64,000 bases of DNA from Hemiscyllium ocellatum (taxonomy: Eukaryota), in contig NC_083410.1 in NCBI RefSeq assembly GCF_020745735.1, positions 44,366,117 through 44,430,116 of the forward strand, in the 5' to 3' direction. Shown in pieces: positions 51,638 to 63,465 of the stretch. Made by a program: the position numbers and the translations under genes. The notes under the pieces are model-generated. The model ran no database searches. It worked only from the letters and a program-made list of their open reading frames with translations, and had not been told where the DNA came from. How positions within the stretch are numbered: position 1 is the first letter of the stretch; each line of letters opens with the position of its first letter.

Positions 51638-52069
51638 AAAGCTCAGCAGGTGTGGCAGCATCTGCTGAGGATGGGTCACCAGACCCAAAACATTAGGGCA
51701 GCATGGTGGCTCAGTGGTTAGCACTGCTACCTCACAGCACCAAGGTCCCAGGTTCAATTCCAGCCTCGGGTGACTGTTTGCACATTCTCCCAGTGTCTGT
51801 GTGGGTTTGCTCCGGTTTCCTCCCACAATCCAAAGATGTGCAGGTCAGGTGAATTGACCATGCTAAATTGCCTGTTAGTGTTAGGAGGGAAATGGTTTTG
51901 GGTGGGTTACTCTTCAGAGGGTTGGTGTGGACTGGTTGGGCTGAATGGCCTGTTTCCACACTGTAAGGAATCTAATCTAAATTCTGATTTCTCTTCACAG
52001 ATGCTGCCAGACCTGCTGAGCTTTTCCAGCAACTTCTGTTTTTGTTTCTGATTTCCAGCATCTTTCAGT
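51638..52069 (+). mobile_element. Palindromic Penelope-like pLTR insertion interrupted by an HE1 SINE
   Basis: CTGAGGA 51665-51671, GGGTC-ACCA-GACCC, AAAAC-ATT; resumes at 51981; degenerate 15-bp TSD TCTCTTGTTTCTTGA 51623-51637 / TCTCTTATTTCGTGA 52070-52084. Confidence 0.8.
51696..51980 (+). mobile_element. HE1-type V-SINE
   Basis: GGGCAGCATGGTGGCTCAGTGGTTAGC A box, GGTTCAATTCC B box, V-domain, (aatct)n tail. Confidence 0.93.
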
Positions 52070-52349
52070 TCTCTTATTTCGTGACTTGGATTCTATGAAT
52101 TTCAGACTTATGCTAGTACAATAGATCCTCAGCTAGTATCAAAAGAGAGGCCATGAGTGACCATATAGATGCAGATCTAAATCTGCCATTTAACAGGTTG
52201 CGTTTTGAATCCTAAACAATGGAACTCAAACTGCTAATCAGAAAGGAAGGTAAACCCATTGTATGAAGCAAACCAAAATTCAATTAAATTCAATCCAGAT
52301 ATATTTTCAGTGTTTGGAGCACTGAGGAGAAAAGATATACAAGTACTCC

Positions 52350-54560
52350 AACAGGCTGAAAATGATGGATCACCAGCAGTATTAAGTTAACTCTGCCGTG
52401 AAAAGCTGATGATGTCACGCCACTTGCTACTATTAACAAAAATATATTAAGAAACAATAAATGCCAGTAAAAGAGTGCATTTGAATTTTGTGATTTCACA
52501 AAACCAAGCTTTTAACATTCATTAGTCACAAAAGAAGGTCTTTATTTATGATTAACTATGTTGCACTATAATAAACCAATTGAAATTAATGTTTCATTAA
52601 TATTATTATGTAACCTTTTTAAATAGAACACAGCAAACTTGACAGAAGTGACACTCACCTTCCTCTGATAGTAATTCTGCCTCCAAAGACAGGCAGCAAA
52701 TCCTCTGGGGAGTAGGATTTTGGTGCATCATGTTCACATATTCCCCATTGTTTGCACTAGAGGGGTTGTTTTAAATGGCGAGCTCACCATCAAAGGCAGC
52801 CCTGGATGGTAAATGGGATGTAAAACATACAGAAGAAGATTTCCATTTAATTTCAGCCAGCAGCACGCAGTATGTCATCATGACTTGGTGACAAAAGGCT
52901 ACTAATGATCTCTCCCCACTGTAATCAAAGGCTGCTCTCACTTAAGTAGAAAATGTTGTTTATACTGATGAACGGTGAAATATTAAGAGTTGGTTAATGC
53001 AAAGAACTAGTTACAGGAAGTGTGTTTGATACATATTCAGCTAAAGTTCCCATGCATTTTTTTCCCTATCCTGATTATGCTGCTATGATGGGACGGTGAA
53101 GGCATTATAGGTGAAAATGCAACTGGTAAATTGTTCCCATTCATCAAAAAATACGATACTGTAAATCAGAAGGATTAAATTCACAAGATGATGCAGGAGA
53201 TAATGCAAACATCCGTGTGCATTATATACGAATTATCTTATGATCATGAGATTAATAAAATATTTATGATACTAAAGAATTTCAGTCTCTGCAGGTTTAA
53301 AGTATCAGAGCTTGTAAGGTGGCTCAACATAGAAAATTTGGCTTCCAGCATTCTAGTCTGACTGTATACCCTGTATGTCCCAGTATTCTTTTGTTTAAAC
53401 ATAATTATGTACACAATAAAAGAGAGAGGAATTACAAGGTCTTGTCTTGATAGCATCACGTGACACAGCCAAATGCTTCAATTTCATTAATCTTCCACCT
53501 CACTCTAATACAAATTCATGGGGAAAGAAGCTGAATCTGAGCCACACAATATAACACAGGCATTGCTTTGCTTCCAGGCAAGTGGACAGAAGATTTAAAA
53601 ATTCCCATGAAGGGTGATTATTGCTTTTTAATGATGTTCTGACCTATAAGGCTTAAGCCCAGGAGTATTGCTGTCGTACATGTACTTGGTTAAAAGCTGG
53701 ATTTGGGAGCATGCAGGAAACAGCATGCAACTTAAGGCACTTTCTTTGAGCTGGAACTCTCTAGTTTCCTGCGCTGCTTTGTTAACCACTGCGCTAGCAG
53801 AAGAAGCACATTTTTTTTCCACTGTGTGAGTGATTGTCTGCACAGCAGTGACAGATGTGCAATATAGCAGCTTCTTCAGGAAAAATTAACAGTTTGTCCA
53901 GCGTGTCATCTCCTTCTTTTTAGTGCTTCGAGGTCTTGGCCCCATTACGGATGATTTAGAAATTCAGGCAAGCAAAGTACCAGCTGCTTGTGTTCAAAGC
54001 TTTAGATGCAAGACCTCATCTGCATTCTTCTATTCACTTACACATATAAATTGTTAAGGCCCCTCTGGCCTGGAGATGAGTAGAGGATGACAGTGGCTTG
54101 ATTTGCTGAGAGGATGTATAAATGGGTTTTTGGGAAGATGAGGAAATATCGCCATTACTGACCAATTTACAGCTTTTTATCTGTTCCTCAAACATGTCAC
54201 TTTTGTTATTGTGGCTTGGTAATTACATAGCAGGCAGGGAAAAATAAATTTTGGTTTATATTCAGATGGACTGCAAAATCCTCTAATCCTGACAAATACC
54301 CATTTAAAAATACTAGTGCCTGAAAGATTAATTTTCATTTTGAATAGCAGAGCAGCTGTAAATAGAAGAATTGCTACCCGGGAATGTGATTGTCTTAAAA
54401 CATTAACCTCTTGGTTTCTTTTTTCTTAGGGCTTTGTGCTGCTAGAAATCTTAACCGTTGCTTGAGTCTCTCTTACCGAGAGTCCACAGCAGATATGAGA
54501 ATTAAAGAAACTGAAATTAATTCATTTGCATTTAAGTGGAGTAATGAGGGATTTTGATGA
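52350..54560. promoter_or_regulatory. Cluster of candidate conserved non-coding elements
   Basis: More than 2 kb free of recognisable repeats, rich in TAAT/TTTATGA/TGACA motifs, in the gene desert downstream of gpatch2. Confidence 0.35.
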
Positions 54561-54699
54561 ATACAATTGACATTAGTTAGACAGGAATTCAGAACAAAAG
54601 GACTTAGTACTATTACAATATGAAAACTAAGACTGCCTGAATTTAGCAGCATCCTGTTAAATAAATGGATTCAGGACAGATCTAGCAGTGCAACACTGG

Positions 54700-55355
54700 T
54701 CATCTGTGAGGTGCTGTGGGCAATCAGTAGCTGCAAAATTATATTCAAGCACAATCTGTAACCTCACAGCCCAGCGTTTCCTCCACTGTACCATTACCAT
54801 CAGGCTTGTCTCAACAGCAGAGCATGAGAAGCAGCATCAAGCATACCAAGAGAAAAAATGAGCTGTCCACCTGACAAAGTGACAAAATAGGGTGCTTTTG
54901 CCTTCCAAACAGCATCCAATGGTCAGATCAAAGCAATGTCATAACCAATGGATCGATCTAAGCTCTGCTATCCTGCCATGTCCAGTTGTGAATAGTGGTG
55001 GACAATTAGACAATTAACAAGAGGAGGAAAAGGCTCCACAGATGTTTCATCCACAATGATGGAGGACCTTAGCTCATTGGTGAAATTATTTACAGCCATC
55101 TTCAGCTTTAGTACCAAGAGGACAATCCATCTCAGCCACCCACTGAGGTTCCCAGCGTTTCCCAGATATCAGTTTTCAGCCAATTCAATACATTCCACAT
55201 AAAATCAAGAAACAACAGAAGGCATTGGATACTGCAAAGATAACAGGCCCTGACAATATTCTTGAAATAGTGCTGGAGACTAGTGCTTCAGCACTAGCTG
55301 TGCCTCTGGCCAACAGCTCAACCTGACAGTGTACAAAATTGTCCAGGCATGTCCT
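54700..55355 (+). mobile_element. Family-B LINE, 5' part (continues at 60958)
   Basis: WWTIRQLTRGG..ALDTAKITGPDNIL region; reverse-homologous to 47400-47790. Confidence 0.8.
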
Positions 55356-56895
55356 AGAACAGAAGGAATAGGAGCAGAGCATTTGTTCTCTCAAGCCTAC
55401 CTCATCATTCAATAACATCATCACTGGTTTGGCCCAGGCCTTCATTCCTCTTTCATGCCAGCTCCTCATAACCCTCAGCTCTTGATATTTCAAAGATCTG
55501 TCTACCTCCTCGTTAAATATTTCCAGTGATCTAGCATCCACAGTTCAATGGAGTAGAGAATTCCAGACAATTCCTGAGAGAAGAAGTTCCTTCACATCCC
55601 ACCTTTAAATGGATGTCCTGTTATTCTGTAAGAAAGAATGACCCCTGGTTTGAGAATCTCCTACTAGTGGGAACATCTTCTCAACACTCACCCTGTGTGG
55701 CCACCTCAAAATCTTATATGTTTTAATTAAATCGACCGCATTCTTCTAAACTTCAATGAATATAGGCTGACCTGTTTAGCTGATAAGTCATGACATTCAT
55801 CCCATGAATCACTCTAGTGAATCTCTTTTTGTTTATATCCAATGCCAATATATCCTATATGGAGACCAAATTGTGCACAGTACTTCGGACACGGCCTTAC
55901 ACCATTGTAATAAGATGTCAATATTTTTAAAATCTAATTCCCTAGCATTAAAAGGCCAAAATTGTATTTGCCTCAGTAATTACTTGCTGTGCTTCCATCT
56001 TAACATTGTGTTTTGTGCACAAGAACACCCTGATCCCTTTGTGTTGCTCTTTACTGGAATCTCTCTATGTTTAAATAATAGATTGCCGTTTGATTCTTCC
56101 TTCCAATGTGTGCGAGCTTATACTTTCTTATATTAAATTTCACCTGCCAAAGTTTTGTCCACTCCCTCAATCAATTATTTCCCCTTTGTAGATCCTTTAT
56201 GCCATTGGAACACAATGTATGACCTATTTTTGTATCAACAACAAATTTGGACACATTGCACTCTGCCCCCTAATCCAAGTCATTCATATAGAAAGCAATT
56301 ATTGAGGTCCTTGGACTGAATACTATGGCACTCAACCAGTTATGTATTTCTAATCTGAAAACGACACATTAAACCCAACTCTGTCTTCTGTGTGTTACCA
56401 ATTCTCAGTCTACGCTAATCCATTACCCCTAATACTGTGAGTTCCTAACATGTGCAACAATAACATTTTAAATGGCATCTTATCAGCTGCCTGTTGGAAA
56501 TCCAAATATATACTGTTAGTTTCCTTTTATCAAATGTACTTGTTATGTCCTCAAAAATCTCTAGAAAATTTGTCAAACATGCTTTTCCTATCACAAAATG
56601 GTATTGACTCTGTTTGATTGCATTACGCTATTCTAAATGTCCTGCTGTTTCTTCATTAATAATGCACTCTAAACATTTCCTCAGTGACAGTTGTTAGGCT
56701 AAATGACCTACAGTTTCTTGCTTTTTGTCTCTCTCTTGAACATTACTGGTTTTTCAAACTATTGGAACCCTCTCAGAATCCAGTGAGTTCTGGAATATTT
56801 TGAATATTACCTCCACAATCTCTGTAGCCATTTCCTTTAAAAAAAAACCTTGGATACAGGCCATCAGCTCCTGATGACTTGATTTGTCTTCTGTC
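55356..56895 (-). mobile_element. Decayed CR1 (family C), 3' part
   Basis: CR1 3'UTR (agaacagaaggaataggagcag..) and RT remnants on the minus strand; continues at 60521-60957. Confidence 0.82.
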
Positions 56896-56897
56896 AC

Positions 56898-57757
56898 CGA
56901 GTCATGGAGTCATACAACATGGAAACAGACCCCTCAGGCCAACTAATCCATGCCGACCATGTTTCCAAACCAAACTAGTCCCACCTGCCTGCGTTTGGAC
57001 CATATCCTTCCAAACCTTTCCTATTCATGTACTTATCAAAAGTCTTTTAAATGTTGTAACTATCTGCATCCACCACTTCCTCTGGCAATTCATTCCACAC
57101 ATGAATAAGTATGTAAAAATGTTACTCCATTTGTCCTTTTTAAACTTTCTCCTCTCAGTTTAAAAATATGTCCTGTAGCTTTGAACTATCTCCACCACCC
57201 CCCACTCCCCACTACTGAAAAGGCCCTTGCTATTCACCATATCTATGCCCTCATGATTTCATAAACCTCAATAAGGTCACCCCTCAGCCTCCTATGCTCC
57301 AGTGAAAAAAGTCCCAGCCTATCCAGCCTATTTTTATAACTCAAAGCCCCACTCCCAGCAACATCTTGGTAAATATTTTCTGAACCATCTCCAACTTAAT
57401 AATATCTTTCCTATAGTAGGGCAACCAGAATTGCACACCATACTCCAGAAGAGGCCTCACCAATGTCCAGTACAACCTCAGCATGATATCCAACTTCTAT
57501 ACTCGAAAGGTCTGAGCAATGAGAGCAAGCATGCTAAATGCTACCTTAACCACCTGTCTACTTGTGACACAAATTTTAAAGAATTACGTATCGGAATCCC
57601 CAGGTCTCACTGTTCCATGACACTACCCAGGGAACTGCCGTTAATTGTAGAAGTGCCCTTGTTTGTTTTACCAAAATGCAATATCTCGTATTTATCCCAA
57701 TTAAACTCCATCTGCCACTCCTCAGCCTATTGACCCAATAGATCAAGATCTCTGTTT
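56898..57757 (-). mobile_element. CR1 family A, 3' segment
   Basis: Homologous to 5055-6068 and 40310-41157; tail gagtcatggagtcat; begins at the QRDLD-coding region. Confidence 0.88.
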
Positions 57758-58602
57758 AATTTAGGTTTAATGTCACGAAGGGCATTCAAGAGACACAGAA
57801 TGTAATGGTTAGTAGATTTAAAGCAGTGATTACACAGTAGAATCAGTCAGATAGATGGGTAACTGCAGGAATAGGTAAGAAGGTATTTCAGAAGTCTCCT
57901 GTGGCTATTCCTCTCTCAAACGGATATTCCGTTTGGGTACTGTTGAAAGGGATAATCTCTCAGAGGAAAATAGAAGTTGCATTTAGATCTTGGGCACTAA
58001 GAACGAATTTTGTGTTAAACTGGGTTTGTCAAGATTTAAAAGAACATTTGTTATAAGGAGCTCTCCTATCAGGGGCACAGATAGAATATTCTACAGCCGA
58101 GACTGTAAATCCAAGATAACATGTTGCTTTCCTGGTGCCAGGGTTAAGGACATCTTAAAACGGTCAAAACGTATTGTTAAAGGGGAATATGTGAAACTGG
58201 AATTTGTTGTACACATTGGTTGGAACAATATAGTTAGGGAAAGGGTTAAGGCTTTACAGAGCAAATGTAAGAGGTTAGAGAGAAGATTAAAAAGCAGGAC
58301 CTCAAAAGGCAGTAATTTCTGGTTTACTCCTGGTGTCACGTTCTAATGAGAGTAGCAATAAAAAGAGCAGATAAATCAATGGCGAAAGAGATGGTGCAAC
58401 GTGCAAGAATTCAGAGTTCTGGATCACTGGGAACTCTTCTGGGACAGAAAAGACCTGGTCAAAAGGAATAGGTTTCACCTGAACTGGAAGGGGACCATTA
58501 TCCTGGCAGGGAGATTTGCTAGTTTTATTCCGGGAACCTAAAAACTATTAGAGGGATAGTGGGAAGGATCCTAAGCAGCAGTGAAAATAGGAAGGCAGCT
58601 GA

Positions 58603-59091
58603 TTCAAAGTTTGTGAGAAGATTTGTAGCTCGGGTGCTCGTTGTTGTGGTTCTGTTCGCCAAGCTGGGAGTTTTTCTTGCAAACGTTTCATCCCCTTTCT
58701 AGGTGACATCTTCAGTGCTTGGGAGCCTCCTGTGAAGCGCTTCTGTGCTGATTCCTCCGGCATTTATACTGGTTTGAATCTGCCGCTTCCGGTTGTCAGT
58801 TGCCGTCCGCTGCAGTGGCCGGTATATAGGGTCTAGGTCGATGTGTCTGTTGATAGAATTTGTGGATGAGTGCCATGCCTCTAGGAATTCCCTGGCTGTT
58901 CTCTGTTTGGCCTGCCCTATAATAGTGGTGTTGTCCCAATCGAATTTGTGTTGTTTGTCATCTGAGTGTATGGCTACTAGGGATAGCTGGTCGTGTCGTT
59001 TCGTGGCTAGTTGATGTTCATGGATGCGGGTTGTTAGCTGTCTTCCTGTTTGTCCTATGTAGTGTTTTGTGCAGTCCTTGCATGGGATTTT
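58603..59091 (-). mobile_element. Penelope-like element 3' end: GIY-YIG endonuclease fragment and pLTR
   Basis: Open frame KIPCKDCTKHYIGQTGRQLTTRIHEH..AREFLEAWH..SINR (GIY-YIG with CxxC, YIG, R, E, N), then a pLTR with a hammerhead. Confidence 0.92.
58679..58718 (-). ncRNA. Minimal type-I hammerhead ribozyme of the Penelope pLTR
   Basis: Minus strand: GCA-CTGAAGA-TGTCACC-TAGAAA-GGGGAT-GAAAC-GTT-TGC; stem I GCA/TGC, palindromic ACGT stem III, imperfect stem II. Confidence 0.7.
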
Positions 59092-60520
59092 TAGCATGGG
59101 ATAACTGCTAAATGAAGGCTACAAATGGAGGCAAGAGAGAAAGGGGAGTGGTGTTTTGATAAAGGACAACATTGCTATGATAATCAGAGAGGATTTTTCT
59201 GAGGATTGTCCAGTGAAACTATATGGGTGGAAATGAGAAAAAAGCAAGACTGTAGGCTCCTCAATAGTCAGAGGGAAATTGAGGAGCAAATATATAGAGA
59301 GATCTCAGATTCATGTAAGAATAATAGGGTTGTAACTTATGGAATTTTAATTTTTCAAACATTACCTGGGACTCAAATAATTTTAATGATTTGGATAGTG
59401 AGGGATTTGTTAAATGTGTCCAGGACAAGTTTCTTTATCAATATGCAAATGTACTGACTAAGGAGGGAACAAACTTTAACCTTCTATTAGGAAATAAGGC
59501 AGGGCAAGTGACCGAAGTGTCAGTAGGGGAACACTTTGGGACGGGTGATCATAATTCTATAAGTTATCGAAAAGAATTAGCCTCCATAAAAGTTAAAATT
59601 CTTAATTGGAATAAGGAAAGCTTGAATGGAATAAGACAAGAACTTCCAAAAGTTTATCGGAATAGACTATTTGCAAGTAAAGGGATGACTGAAAATGGGA
59701 AGCTTTCAAAGTGTAATAATGAGAGTTCAGAGGCATTACATTACTGTTAGAGTGAATGTAAGGCTGGAAAGTATAGGGAACAATGGATGAATAAAAATGT
59801 TGAGACTCTAGTCAAGAATAAAAAAGAATAATTTTTTGATATAAACAACTAGGATGAAATGAATCTCGAGGAGTAAAAAGAATGCAAGAGCATTGTTAAG
59901 AGTGAAATCGGGTGGGCAAAAAGGGATTATAAGATAACCTTGGCAGAAAAAGTTAAGAGTAATCCAAATAGATTCTCCAAGCACATTAGAAGCAGAAGAA
60001 CAACAACAGAAAGAATCATAGAATAAAGAAGAATAAAGAAACATAAAGATGGATAAATCTCTGGGACTTCATTAAGTGTATCCCAGGATATTGTGGGAAG
60101 TTAGGGAAGAAATTGCGGGGCTCCTAGCAGAAATATTTGTACAAGCTATAACCATGGGTGAGGTGCCGGATAAGTTCTTGGAGGTGATTCTGAAAGATTT
60201 GGAGAGGCAAAAACCGATGAAGGATAGTCAGTATGGTTTTGTGTGAGAGTTATCCTGTCACAAACTTGACTGAGTTTTTGAGAAAGTAACCAAAATGATT
60301 GTTGAGACCAGAGTGGTAGACATTATTTACTTGGACTTTAGTAAAGCCTTTGACAAGGTTCTGCATGGTAAACTAATCAGTAAAGTTAGATCACATGGGA
60401 TTCAGGATGAGCTTCCCAATTGGATGTAAAATTGGCTTAATGGTAGGAGGCAGAGGGCAGTAGTGGAGGGTGATTTTTCAGACCTGTGACCAGTGGTGTT
60501 CCAGAGGGATTGGTACAGAG

Positions 60521-60957
60521 TCCTTCACTCCAATGAATTTGATCAGTACTTTATCCCTCATGATCAAGACTTCTCATGATTATCTGATACCTTTGAAATA
60601 CTTACAATATTCTCTAGCATGCAGAGCAATGGAAAAGATTGGCTGAACTTATCTGCCATTTCCCAGTTCTCCATTATTAATTCCCAAGTTGAATTTTCCA
60701 AGGATTCCACGCTTAGTTTAGCTACTCTCTTTTGCTTTATAAACATATGGAAACACTTGCTGTTTATTTCTATATCTTTTACTAACTTACTTCCATAATA
60801 CATTTTCTGCCCCGAATGTCATTCATCTGCCTCTTTAGTCATTCACTTCTTGTTCCTAAAAAAAACATGAAATCATTGCTGCTTTGCATACCTTCATTTT
60901 TAACCTAGATATTCTGAGCATCTTTGTTACTCACCAATAGTTTAAGTCCTTCCTTTC
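60521..60957 (-). mobile_element. CR1 family C, upstream continuation of 55356-56895
   Basis: Minus-strand NSKCFHMFIKQKRVAKLSVESLENSTWELIMENWEMADKF (CR1 tether region). Confidence 0.78.
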
Positions 60958-61227
60958 GTCCTATCAATAAAATGACAACAAATCAATTTTGACCAATTAC
61001 CATTCGCCTATCTGGATCATAAACAAAATGATGAAAGGTGACGTAACAGCAAGCAGCACTCACACAACAATACCCTGTTCACTGGTGCTCAGCCTGAGGT
61101 CCACCAGAGTCACCTGAAACCATTGCTTTGGCCTAAATAAGGACAAAAGAGCTGAACCCCAGAGGTTAAAACAGAAACAGCTTCTCTGACATCAAGCCAG
61201 CTTTTGACTGAACATGGCATTAATGAA

Positions 61228-61898
61228 TGAGTGAATGATCTTGTTGTCACATGTATTTTATAGTGAGAAATACAACAAAATACAGTGAAAAGCTTTCATT
61301 TCATCACCACAATACAGTGCCATTTTGTTAGATTAAGAATAAGGGAAAAATGAGAAGATAAAAGTAAAAAGAAGTCCATCTATGTTCAAGTTCCAGCTCA
61401 GCACAACCAAAGCCTCATCACACCCAACTATTGTTGAAGTCCCTGGTCCTCGGACATCTTTCATTGCTGGGCCAATTCACCTCCACCACAGCCTGCTCAT
61501 ACCCACCAACAACAGTGTCTCTCACCACGGCCCACTGCATCGATATTGCCGTGATGCCCTTTTGCCTCTGCCAGCACCAGATCCAACCAATAACAAAGTC
61601 ACCGATCCTCAGGCACCATCTTCCACTGCTGGAACTACCTCACTGACATTGCCGCTGGGCTCACTCTCCCCCCTCCACCCCCACGCTGGCTTGCTCTATC
61701 CCCCACCCCAATGCTGGGCTCGCTCTCCCTCCCACGCTCGTTCTGGGCTCACTCTCCCCCCTCCACCCCCACGCTGGCTTGCTCTACCCCCACCATGTGC
61801 TGGGTTCGCTCTCCCCCCATGCTAGACCCATTCTCCCCCCCCGCCCCCACCACCACACTGGGGCCGCTCTGCCCCCTCCCCGCGCTGGACACGCTCCA
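61228..61898 (-). mobile_element. Non-autonomous retroposon with GC-rich VNTR and LINE-like tail
   Basis: Interrupts a LINE between AATGAA repeats (61222-61227 / 61899-61904); minus-strand 3' end ttttcactgta..acatgtgacaacaagatcattcactcattca; about 9 units of 22-34 bp at 61654-61897. Confidence 0.55.
61654..61897. repeat. C-rich minisatellite (unit about GCTGGGCTCGCTCTCCCCCCTCCACCCCCAC)
   Basis: About 9 degenerate tandem units; units 1-2 recur nearly exactly as units 4-5. Confidence 0.85.
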
Positions 61899-63418
61899 AA
61901 TGAAACTGGAGTCAATGATAATCAGAATAAACCTCTGTTCTGGTTGGAATCATACCTAGCACAAGGGAAGATGGTTGCAGTCTGTGAAGGGCAATCATCT
62001 CAGTTCCACAACATCACTACAAGAATTCTTCATTGCCCTACCCTAGAGCCAATTCAGCCATTGCAACTGTGACATTCCTCCTATCAGAAAGTCAGAAGTG
62101 GGGATGTTCAGGGACGTCTGCGCAATGTTTAGTACCATTCACAACTTCTCACATATTGAAGTAGTCCCTGGTCATATAAAGCAAAATCTGGAAGCCTTTC
62201 AGGGTTATAAATGGCAATCACCATTCATACCACTCATATGTCAAGCAATAACTATCTCCACTAAAAGATAAATTAATCATCTCCCCATGACAAAATCCTG
62301 AGTGTTACCATTAACCAGAAACTGAAACAGAATGGCCATAAATATATACTTGGCTACAAGGGAAGGTCAGAGACTGGGAATTCGAAAGTAAATAATACAC
62401 CTTGTGATGCTCCATTGCCTGTCTATCATCCACAAGGCACAAGTCACAAGTGTGATGGACTATTCTCTACTTGCATGGATGAGTGCAGCTCCAACTGCAC
62501 TCCAGAGGATTAACATCATTCAGGAAAAAAAACCTGCCTACTTGATGGGCATCTCTTTCAACACCTTAACGATTCACTTGCTCCACCACTGATGTACATT
62601 GGTATTTATTATCTACAAAGTACACTTCAGCAGCTGACCAAGGATCCTCCAACAACACCTTTCAAATCCAGACCCTCGAGCAACCAGAAGGACAAGGGCA
62701 ACAGATGCATGGGAATGGGGACCGTCCTGGCTTGGAAACTACATTGCCATTCCTTCAATATCACAGCATCAACATTCTAGAGCTCTCATTTTGTCAGCAC
62801 TGTGAATGTCCCTGCACAAAATTAGCTGCAGTGGTTCAAGATGACTCACTATTAGCTTCTCAAGGAAAGCTGGAGATGGGTAACAAGTGAAAGTCACCAT
62901 TGTCCTTCCTCCAAAGCAGAGTGCTGTGGGATTTCTGTCCACTTGTCCCAACTGAATTCCTGTGATCAGGATCACTGAAGCTGTTTTTGCCAAGCAGCTG
63001 GGAGAATTTCCACCTCCCTGGACAGAGCATCTTTGTGGGAGATATAAATTACTCTAATAGACTTCACCTATCATAGCATAACAACACAAAGGGCTGCAGC
63101 ATGCGTTCACAACATGTTGCAAATTTCAAGTTTATGTGGCGCACTGAGCACAATCAAACACCTAATGATTATTTACATCTCCTTAGGGTGTTGAAATAAA
63201 ATTGTCCGTGCCTAATCAGAACTACAATGGGCCTACAACATTAAACATTCCTATTGTCCAGTGTTCCAATGTTATGAATGAAGTATCCCTATCATTTACA
63301 ACTCGTATTAATATATTCACTTATTTTTGAGTGGATGTATGAAAATGCGACTATTATGTTTACTTGAATATACAACATGTGACTGACAAAACAATCACCT
63401 TACTTTCTGAGCCACCGT

Positions 63419-63465
63419 GGGGCAACATGGTGACTCAATGATTAGTACTGCTGCCTCACAGCGCC
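63419..63465 (+). mobile_element. HE1 SINE 5' head fragment
   Basis: ggggcaacatggtgactcaatgattagtactgctgcctcacagcgcc matches the head of the full copies. Confidence 0.7.

Larger units (their letters stand above)
57770..60520 (+). mobile_element. CR1 family A, 5' segment (ORF1 esterase, EN, RT up to the GVPQG motif)
   Basis: CCFPGARVKD..VVHIGWNN ORF1; FVKCVQD..GTGDHN; LDFSKAFDKV; ends at gtgaccagtggtgttccagaggg. Confidence 0.88.
60958..62890 (+). mobile_element. Family-B LINE, RT to 3' end (interrupted at 61228-61898)
   Basis: Resumes where 55355 stops (gtcct..caaatc..ccaattacc), through WLESYLAQGKMV and WMSAAPT to the ggagatgggtaacaagt 3' end. Confidence 0.82.

Noticed and set aside
51696-51770. 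tRNA-like A and B boxes (also 19175-19247 and 45235-45305)
   Set aside because: Heads of HE1 SINEs continuing into the V-domain and LINE tail; not tRNA genes.
61654-61897. Spaced repeats superficially like a CRISPR array
   Set aside because: Eukaryotic context, degenerate tandem units, no unique spacers and no cas genes.
61382-62072. Proline-rich ORFs
   Set aside because: Translation of the C-rich minisatellite.
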